A stretch of DNA of 64,000 nt from Bacteroidota bacterium. Lineage in GTDB: Bacteria; Bacteroidota; Ignavibacteria; SZUA-365. This document shows, piece after piece, positions 57,621-64,000 of this stretch. Positions within the stretch are counted from its first letter, which is position 1; each line of letters begins with the position of its first letter. The notes below the pieces were generated by a model. It was given only the letters and a program-made list of their open reading frames with translations, was not told the origin of the DNA and searched no databases. The position numbers and the translations under genes were made by a program. Location of the stretch: the NCBI GenBank assembly GCA_029907355.1, contig JARYLZ010000001.1:64522-128521 (forward strand), written 5' to 3'.

Positions 57621-59708
57621 TTGCCGCTGACCGCTGCGACCGATGAGCGGGACCCTCAAGTTCTTCCCTTCCTTTATCAGCAATTCATCATGATAACATT
57701 GAAAAATTTCATTTTCCTGCTTGTTCTTCTCGCTGCATTCGGGTTTTTCACTTTCAGTGTCAGGAGAACCATTCTTCTCCTGAAGGTGGGAAAACCGGAA
57801 AATCGTTTCGACCAATGGGACAAACGCATCGGGAACGTCCTTTCCGTTGCGTTCGGGCAATCGAAAATATTCCGCGATCCCGTCGCGGGACCGATTCATG
57901 CTGGCATTTTTTGGGGATTCTTGATCCTCCTTTTCTCCGTTTTCGAATCAATCGTGGAAGGGCTCATCCCCGGATTCCGCCTCTCGTTTCTCGGTCCCAT
58001 CTATCACTTTTTCGCAATCGGGGGAGACGTGATGGGAACGGCTGTCGCTGTCGCCGTTCTCCTTGCTCTGTACCGCCGTTTCATCTCGGGACCATCACGG
58101 TTGAGGAACATCGAGGCGAAATCGAGGAAAGATGCGGCTCTTATCCTCACATGGATCGGTGGCATCATGCTCTCGATGTTCGCCATGAACGCCACGCGTA
58201 TCGCCCTTGGCGACAATGTGGATTTCGCACCAGCGTGGCGCCCCGTCAGCACGGCTCTCTCCGCATTTTTCCACGGCGGGTCCATTACGAGAACCGTCCA
58301 TGAAACGGCCTGGTGGATTCACATCATTCTCGTTCTCGGTTTCCTGAACGCTCTTCCCTATTCGAAGCACTTCCATGTTCTCACCTCGATCCCAAATACT
58401 TTTTTCAGCAATCGAGGTATCCGTCCAGAGGGGAACGGAGCGCTCAAGCCGCTGGATCTCGAGGATGAAACCATCGAGCGGTTCGGCGCGGCGGATATCG
58501 AAGACCTGACCTGGAAGCAATTATTCGACGCATTCACGTGTACCGAATGCGGGCGATGCACATCATCCTGCCCGGCCAACCTTACGGGGAAGCAACTGTC
58601 CCCGAAAAAGGTCATCATGGAAACGCGTGTACGATTGGAAGAGAAAGGCCCGCTTCTCATCGCAGGAGAAACGAGTTCCCCCGTCCTCGAGAAGCGGCTC
58701 GTCCCCGATTTCATCAACCCGGAAGAAATTTGGGCATGCACGACCTGCCGTGCCTGTGTGCAGGAATGCCCGGTCATGATCGAACATGTCGATGAAATCG
58801 TGGAGATGCGGCGCAATCTCGTTTTAACCGAAGGGTCTTTCCCCGACGAACTGCAGGTGTTGTACAAGAATCTGGAGAACAACTTCGCTCCTTGGCAGTT
58901 CAGCCCGGCCGACAGGGGAAAATGGGCGGAAGAGTTGGGTATTCCCACATTGAAGGATCTCGGCTCGGCGGACGAGATCGATTTTCTCTTTTGGGTCGGT
59001 TGCGCGGGGTCTTACGACGCGCGAGCCGTGAAAGTAAGCAGGGCGTTCGCACAGGTACTCCGGCGCGCCGGTATCCGTTTCGCCATTCTCGGGTCGGAAG
59101 AAAAATGCACGGGCGATGCCGCGAGGCGGACCGGCAACGAGTACCTCGCGCAGATGCTCGCCCGGGAAAACGTCGAAACCCTCGAACGGTACGGGGTAAC
59201 GCGGATCGTGACCGCCTGCCCGCACTGTTTCCACTCGCTGAAAAACGAGTACCCGCAATTCGGCGGGAGATATGAAGTAATCCATCACACGACACTGCTC
59301 CGAGAACTCGTCGAACAGGGCATTCTCCCGCTCGTGGAACCTGTGTGCGGGAAAACAATTTTCCACGACAGCTGTTACCTCGGACGCTACAACCAGATCT
59401 ATGACGCCCCTCGCATTGCCCTTGCGGAAACGCCAGGCGTGACGCTAGATGAATTCCCGCGCCACGGCGACCGCGCATTCTGTTGCGGTGCGGGGGGAGG
59501 ACGTCTCTTCCTCGAGGAGACGGTGGGGAAACGGATCAACGTGGAACGCACGGAGGAAGCGCTCTCCGTCGGTGCGGAGACGATCGCATGCGCCTGCCCG
59601 TTCTGCATGACCATGCTCACGGACGGGGTGGTGGAAAAAGGGGCGGGCGATCGTGTCCAGGTACTGGACATCGCGGAAATCATTTTCTCCGCGCTCAGGA
59701 AAACCTGA
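57621..59708 (+). CDS. membrane-bound Fe-S oxidoreductase: NarI-like heme-b membrane domain fused to HdrD/GlpC-like domain with two 4Fe-4S and two CCG motifs
   Basis: The probable start is the Met at 57690 (MITLKNF). The N-terminal roughly 270 aa have 5-6 TM helices with conserved His (PIHAGIFWG, HETAWWIHIIL, KHFHVL). The ferredoxin motifs are CTECGRCTSSCP and CTTCRACVQECP. The Cys-rich CCG-type repeats are CPHCFHSLK and CACPFCMTML. Confidence 0.85.
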   Translation: MPLTAATDERDPQVLPFLYQQFIMITLKNFIFLLVLLAAFGFFTFSVRRTILLLKVGKPENRFDQWDKRIGNVLSVAFGQSKIFRDPVAGPIHAGIFWGFLILLFSVFESIVEGLIPGFRLSFLGPIYHFFAIGGDVMGTAVAVAVLLALYRRFISGPSRLRNIEAKSRKDAALILTWIGGIMLSMFAMNATRIALGDNVDFAPAWRPVSTALSAFFHGGSITRTVHETAWWIHIILVLGFLNALPYSKHFHVLTSIPNTFFSNRGIRPEGNGALKPLDLEDETIERFGAADIEDLTWKQLFDAFTCTECGRCTSSCPANLTGKQLSPKKVIMETRVRLEEKGPLLIAGETSSPVLEKRLVPDFINPEEIWACTTCRACVQECPVMIEHVDEIVEMRRNLVLTEGSFPDELQVLYKNLENNFAPWQFSPADRGKWAEELGIPTLKDLGSADEIDFLFWVGCAGSYDARAVKVSRAFAQVLRRAGIRFAILGSEEKCTGDAARRTGNEYLAQMLARENVETLERYGVTRIVTACPHCFHSLKNEYPQFGGRYEVIHHTTLLRELVEQGILPLVEPVCGKTIFHDSCYLGRYNQIYDAPRIALAETPGVTLDEFPRHGDRAFCCGAGGGRLFLEETVGKRINVERTEEALSVGAETIACACPFCMTMLTDGVVEKGAGDRVQVLDIAEIIFSALRKT

Positions 59709-59729
59709 CCATCGATCCTTGCCGAAGGG

Positions 59730-60701
59730 ATGGAACCGCTCCGTTTTTCCATACTCCCCACGCCGTTCCACCGCCTCGATCGACTTTCCGAAATGCTCCG
59801 GGTGGATCTCTGGTGCAAGCGGGACGATATGACCGGCTTCGCTCTCGGTGGAAACAAGACCCGAAAGCTGGATTACCTCGTCGCGGAAGCCCTCGCCAGG
59901 GGGGCGACGGATCTGATCGCCGTCGGCGGCACACAATCGAATTTCTGCAGGCTCGCGGCTGCATATGCATCCCGAACGGGATTACGCGTCCACCTCATAC
60001 TCGGCGGAACATTGGAGCACGAGCGAGGGGGAGGGAATCTATTCCTCGCTGAACTGTTCGGCGCATCCATCAACCGGGTCCACTCGGACGACTGGCGTGA
60101 ATGGGAGAGTGAAGCTCGTGCTCTCGAAGAACGTCTCGTCTCCGAGGGATGCATTCCATACCGCATGCCGATCGGAGGATCGACGCCGACCGGTATCCGA
60201 GGTTACACCGATGCCTTCACGGAAATCCTCGAGGACGCCCGCCATGCCGGGATCGAAATCGGGACGATCATCTGCGCGACGTCTAGCGGCGGCACGCATG
60301 CGGGCCTACTCGTCGGCAAAGCCCGCACCCGTTGGAACGGCCGTATCATCGGTATGGCTGTCGCAAAATCGTCCGGCCAATTGAGGGAAGAAACGACATC
60401 CCTCGCCCGTGCAACTGCTACTTTGTTCCATACGGTCATCGACGAGAACGATGTCCACGTCGATGACCGCTATCTCGGACCGGTCTATGCGATCCCGACA
60501 ATGGAAGGACGGGAAGCTCAATCGTTCTTCGCGCGCCTCGAGGGGATTGTCGTCGATGATGTCTACACGGCGAAAGCAGCAGCCGGCTTGATCGCTCTTT
60601 GCAGAGAAAGAAATTTCCCCGAGGGGAAAGCGGTGGTATTCCTACACACAGGTGGGATACCGTATGTGTTTTCTTTTGAAAAACCAAGCCTTTCCCAATA
60701 G
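59730..60701 (+). CDS. PLP-dependent ACC deaminase / D-cysteine desulfhydrase family protein
   Basis: KRDDMTGFALGGNKTRKLDYLVAEA contains the PLP-binding Lys. The fold-type II tryptophan-synthase-beta-like composition fits. 323 aa. Confidence 0.85.
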   Translation: MEPLRFSILPTPFHRLDRLSEMLRVDLWCKRDDMTGFALGGNKTRKLDYLVAEALARGATDLIAVGGTQSNFCRLAAAYASRTGLRVHLILGGTLEHERGGGNLFLAELFGASINRVHSDDWREWESEARALEERLVSEGCIPYRMPIGGSTPTGIRGYTDAFTEILEDARHAGIEIGTIICATSSGGTHAGLLVGKARTRWNGRIIGMAVAKSSGQLREETTSLARATATLFHTVIDENDVHVDDRYLGPVYAIPTMEGREAQSFFARLEGIVVDDVYTAKAAAGLIALCRERNFPEGKAVVFLHTGGIPYVFSFEKPSLSQ

Positions 60702-60752
60702 ACACCGGCGGGCTTTGAGGGAATACGCTCCCCCTTCAACCGCCTAATAAAC

Positions 60753-60778
60753 GAGCGCCGGCATGACAGCTGGCGCTC
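60753..60778. terminator. possible terminator hairpin between convergent genes
   Basis: A GAGCGCC....GGCGCTC 7-bp stem with a 12-nt loop. No clean U-run follows, so this is weak. Confidence 0.3.
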
Positions 60779-60811
60779 CGTATACATGCCGCTTTCTTCC
60801 GTAAATGGGTT

Positions 60812-61657
60812 TTACTCGAGAACTCTCACGCTAAGGATCTTCACTCCATTGCCTTTTTTTTCGATGGCATGAGCGACATCCATTCCCTTGACGACCTTAC
60901 CGAACACGGTGTGCTTGCCGTCGAGCCACTCGCAACCTTCTTTCTTCGTCACGATGAAAAACTGCGAACCGTTCGTGTTCGGTCCCGCATTCGCCATGCA
61001 GATCGTTCCATATGCGACCTTGGCTTTCAATTTCCCATGTGACATCAGCGGCTCCGTGCGGCCGGTCTTTTTCAGGTAAAATTCAACCGGGTGTTTCATC
61101 AGCGGTTTTCCGCTCTGCTGTTGCTGACATTCCTGCGCCAGGGCGACCAGTTCAGCGTCGGGGTTCTGCGTCGATCGGAAATACGGGGTAAGAATTTCCT
61201 GGTACACCCGGACAGCAGTAGCCTCATCGGTGAACATGCCTGTAATAGGAGCGGTACCGGCGGTATCGTAGCACTCATCCTCGAATTGATAGCCCGGTCC
61301 CCCGCTCCCCGTCCCAAGCGGACACCCCCCCTGGATCATGAAATCGTTGATGACCCTGTGGAACGTGAGCCCGTCATAAAACGGTCGTTTTACTTTCTGC
61401 CCGGTTTTCGGATCGGTGAACTCCTTTGTCCCCGAGGCAAGACCGATAAAATTCTCGACCGTCTTGGGGGCGATATCGGGCCACATTTCGATTTCCATAT
61501 CGCCGAGCTCGGTTTTCATAAGAACGACGGGTTTCTTTTCCTGCAGGACGGTCTGATCCGCGGTATTCGTGCCGGAAGAGAGGTTCTTCTTTTTCTGCGC
61601 ATTGCAGCTCGGGAACGAAAGCACAGTAAGAACGAGAACGAGACAAAGCGGCCGCAT
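60812..61657 (-). CDS. cyclophilin-type peptidyl-prolyl cis-trans isomerase lipoprotein
   Basis: The lipobox is FPSC. The cyclophilin core is [30 protein letters not shown]...[16 protein letters not shown]. Confidence 0.9.
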   Translation of the reverse strand: MRPLCLVLVLTVLSFPSCNAQKKKNLSSGTNTADQTVLQEKKPVVLMKTELGDMEIEMWPDIAPKTVENFIGLASGTKEFTDPKTGQKVKRPFYDGLTFHRVINDFMIQGGCPLGTGSGGPGYQFEDECYDTAGTAPITGMFTDEATAVRVYQEILTPYFRSTQNPDAELVALAQECQQQQSGKPLMKHPVEFYLKKTGRTEPLMSHGKLKAKVAYGTICMANAGPNTNGSQFFIVTKKEGCEWLDGKHTVFGKVVKGMDVAHAIEKKGNGVKILSVRVLE

Positions 61658-61904
61658 GAGTATTCCTCTCCGTGAAAGATTCTCAATTCGAACAACCAGT
61701 ATACAGCCGGAAGGATATGCGACGCAAATGGAGAATCACACCCGATCGATAATCACCCCGCCCTGCACCGCGCATTTCGAGCTCAAGGGAAGCGAAACCC
61801 TTTTCTGTTTCCACGCAAGACAGGCAGAGAGTTCACCCGCTTTCGAAACGAGAGAATTGAAGAGAATATGAAGGGACGCACGACGTGTGTTGCACGAGGG
61901 GTGT

Positions 61905-62684
61905 TCACCGGCGAATCAGGCGTTCGTCATCCGTGAAGCATTTCCTACGTACGAGGGTTACCATCATGACCGTGCTGACCGTCGTCGCACCGACCAACAT
62001 GAACATGACCACGATTTGGTACTTCACCGCCGCGAGGGGGGAAGCCCCGGCGAGGATCTGTCCTGTCATCATACCGGGGATCCAGACAATTCCCACCCCC
62101 ATCATCGAGGAAATGCTGGGGATCATTCCTGCCCGAACCGCCGAGCGGAACACCGTCGCGGATGCCTGCGCCGCCGACGCGCCGAGGCAGAGGCGGAGTT
62201 CAATCTCGTCCCGCCGCAATCGCAGTTCTTCGAAAAGACGCTCGAGAGCAAGCGCGACCGCGGATATCGAGTTCCCGATGACCATGCCGCCAAGCGGGAT
62301 AAAATAAACCGGATCGTACCAAGGCTTGACTCTCACGATCACCGAGGTAACGAGCATTGTCACGACGAGATAACTCAACAGCATCGAGAAGAAGACGGGG
62401 GCGACGAACCGGACGAGAGGACGTTTCACGCGACCTTTCACGATGACGGCGGCAAGGGCTATCATGATGACATACACGGAACACACAAGATACCAGGCAT
62501 CAAAGCCGAAGACATACCTCAGGACGAAACCCATAAGGTATAGTTGTGCAACAGTCCGCAATGCCCCCCAAAGAAGGTCTTTCTCGAGACCGAGCCGAAG
62601 TGTGAGCGATGTCACCCCTGCGAGGAGCACGAACACCGTGGAAACGGCAAGTCCTTCCCAGCTTATGTCGATGATACCGTTCAC
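61905..62684 (-). CDS. fetB: ABC transporter permease FetB/YbbM family (UPF0014)
   Basis: 259 aa, polytopic. It is translationally coupled (4-nt overlap) to the upstream ATPase. Its N-terminus resembles YbbM/FetB. Confidence 0.75.
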   Translation of the reverse strand: MNGIIDISWEGLAVSTVFVLLAGVTSLTLRLGLEKDLLWGALRTVAQLYLMGFVLRYVFGFDAWYLVCSVYVIMIALAAVIVKGRVKRPLVRFVAPVFFSMLLSYLVVTMLVTSVIVRVKPWYDPVYFIPLGGMVIGNSISAVALALERLFEELRLRRDEIELRLCLGASAAQASATVFRSAVRAGMIPSISSMMGVGIVWIPGMMTGQILAGASPLAAVKYQIVVMFMLVGATTVSTVMMVTLVRRKCFTDDERLIRR

Positions 62685-63373
62685 TTCTCTTCCATGACAT
62701 GCCCGTTTTCAAGGCGGAAAAGACGTGCGCCGGGAGGGATGAGCCCCGATGCAGTGTGGGACACGAGGAAAACGGTTTTCCCCAGCGTATTCAGTTCAAC
62801 CAGCCAACCGATAAGGGCATCGGTGGATTCCTCGTCCAACCCGGAGACAGGTTCGTCGAGGAGAAACACCTCCGGGTCCATCAGAAGCAACCGGAGAAAG
62901 GCAATGCGTTGCTTCTGACCCATGGAAAGCTCGCCTGCATGCTTCAAAAGCAGGGCGTGATCGAGGCGGGCCCGGGTGAGAAGGGCACGGAGTTCCCTAT
63001 CCTCGATGGATTTCATTTTCGACCGTGCAAAGCGGAACGAGAGAAGCAGATTGTCACGCACCGTTTCTTCCACCATGACGGGGCTTTGCTGAAGGAGGGC
63101 CGCTTTCCGCCGGAGTAACCGGGGCGGGATCTCGTCGTATGGGATACCCTCGTAGAACACGCACCCGGTCGTGGGCGTTTCCAGTTTGCACATCAAGCGG
63201 AGAAGGGTGGATTTTCCGCTACCCGACTCGCCGCGGAGAACGGCGAAATCCCCACGGTGGACAGCGAAAGAGACATCTGTCAAAACAGGGCACTCGCCGT
63301 AGGAAAAAGTAACCGACCTCACCTCGATCATAATGCTTGCCCCCAATATCCGCTGTTTCACGACGACCTTCAA
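62681..63373 (-). CDS. fetA: ABC transporter ATP-binding protein FetA/YbbL family
   Basis: Walker A is GESGSGKSTLL. The signature is LSMGQKQRIAFLR. Walker B is VFLLDEPVSGLD. 230 aa. Confidence 0.85.
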   Translation of the reverse strand: MKVVVKQRILGASIMIEVRSVTFSYGECPVLTDVSFAVHRGDFAVLRGESGSGKSTLLRLMCKLETPTTGCVFYEGIPYDEIPPRLLRRKAALLQQSPVMVEETVRDNLLLSFRFARSKMKSIEDRELRALLTRARLDHALLLKHAGELSMGQKQRIAFLRLLLMDPEVFLLDEPVSGLDEESTDALIGWLVELNTLGKTVFLVSHTASGLIPPGARLFRLENGHVMEEK

Positions 63374-63483
63374 TCCCCCTTTCAGTCAGGACATCTCTCG
63401 ACGGCGGGATTCTCACGTGCAAACGGTAGATTCGCGGAAGAGACAGGCAACGACAGCTCATTTCCCCTTCCTACATCGCTCCG

Positions 63484-63837
63484 ATGACCCGCTTCAAAGC
63501 CATGCTTTTCGCTGCATTCGGGATTGTATCGGTCCTCGTCCTTGCGTGGGTCATCTTCACATCGGGGCAACCTTCCGATGGGCCCGAGATCATTGAGCAC
63601 TACGCCTCACCGCAAGAGGAATTAGAATTTTACCTCCATGAGCGCATGAATTACCGTTTGCCCTTCGTGCGACTGCTCGCGGAGAGACGGATCGCACGTG
63701 CACATGCCATCGCCGAGCAATACCCGGAATGCGCCGCTCTCGCTCGTATGGTGGCTGATTCCATTCAGGCCCGCTTGCAGAGAACGGATACGACGGAAAA
63801 CGCTCACGGACACAGAGGAACCCGCCCCGCAGAATAG
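63484..63837 (+). CDS. hypothetical membrane-anchored protein
   Basis: 117 aa with an N-terminal TM helix (MLFAAFGIVSVLVLAWVIF). No recognisable domain. Confidence 0.5.
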   Translation: MTRFKAMLFAAFGIVSVLVLAWVIFTSGQPSDGPEIIEHYASPQEELEFYLHERMNYRLPFVRLLAERRIARAHAIAEQYPECAALARMVADSIQARLQRTDTTENAHGHRGTRPAE

Positions 63838-63840
63838 CGC

Positions 63841-64000
63841 TTACATTTTCAATTCATCGTGCAGGTAGCGGCTGCAGGCGTCCATTGCGATGCGGATTTG
63901 TTGCATCGTGTCGCGGTCTCGCACCGTTACCGTCTCGTCTTGGAGCGTTTGGGAGTCGATCGTGATGGCGAACGGGGTACCGATTTCGTCCTGCCGCCGG
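63841..64000 (-). CDS. glyQS: glycine--tRNA ligase, C-terminal fragment (gene continues beyond the window)
   Basis: Reverse-strand translation gives ...[52 protein letters not shown]. This matches the anticodon-binding C-terminus of class II dimeric GlyRS (GTPF.ITID..T...TVT.R.RD.M.Q.R). Confidence 0.6.
   Translation of the reverse strand, partial: RRQDEIGTPFAITIDSQTLQDETVTVRDRDTMQQIRIAMDACSRYLHDELKM

Noticed and set aside
58358-60052. Cluster of overlapping 150-200-aa ORFs on both strands over the Fe-S oxidoreductase and ACC-deaminase genes
   Set aside because: All are Arg/Gly/Pro-rich shadow ORFs. The plus-strand genes have unambiguous cofactor motifs.
61091-62543. 194-aa and 218-aa plus-strand ORFs opposite the PPIase and fetB genes
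   Set aside because: They are antisense to motif-bearing genes and have His/Arg/Asp low-complexity composition.
1-64000. CRISPR arrays, tRNA/rRNA genes, transposases, integrases, reverse transcriptases, toxin-antitoxin or restriction-modification genes
   Set aside because: I found no short regularly spaced repeats, no tRNA T-arm consensus (GGTTCGAATCC-like) in intergenic regions, and no DDE, tyrosine-recombinase or YADD motifs in any ORF translation. The window therefore does not look like a mobile element or a classical defence island.

Overview
This 64-kb window looks like a chromosomal segment from a Bacteroidota/FCB-superphylum bacterium. Two large proteins end in type IX secretion (T9SS) C-terminal sorting domains, one carries SprB-type repeats, and housekeeping gene order is conserved. 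Most of the window is core chromosome. The lepA operon runs lepA, lepB, lepB, hemW, polysaccharide deacetylase, GNAT-like gene. Also present are smc, rpmH-rnpA-yidD-yidC, recQ, fetAB, and the 3' end of a glycyl-tRNA synthetase gene.

Inside this backbone sits an accessory surface-protein locus at about 13.2 to 29.4 kb. A 2127-aa T9SS cargo protein (SBBP beta-propeller, SprB-type and Ig-like repeat arrays) is transcribed divergently from a 1957-aa secreted giant protein. Downstream of the giant there is a separate 314-aa gene that is a clear paralogue of the giant's N-terminal roughly 285-aa module. After that comes a 694-aa protein built of tandem FN3-like domains. This locus is the best candidate for something undescribed.

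Four other oddities stand out:
- The region of about 33.1 to 39 kb is sharply AT-rich and carries core genes (yidC, yidD, rnpA, rpmH) plus a GH2-like hydrolase fused to a multi-pass membrane domain.
- A 1.5-kb stretch at 48.5 to 50.0 kb has no ORFs and is a candidate structured RNA or gene remnant.
- One lipoprotein fuses a GH3 NagZ-like domain to a beta-lactamase-like domain.
- One protein fuses a NarI-like membrane domain to an HdrD-like iron-sulfur domain.

I saw no CRISPR array, tRNA, rRNA, transposase, integrase, or recognisable defence system.
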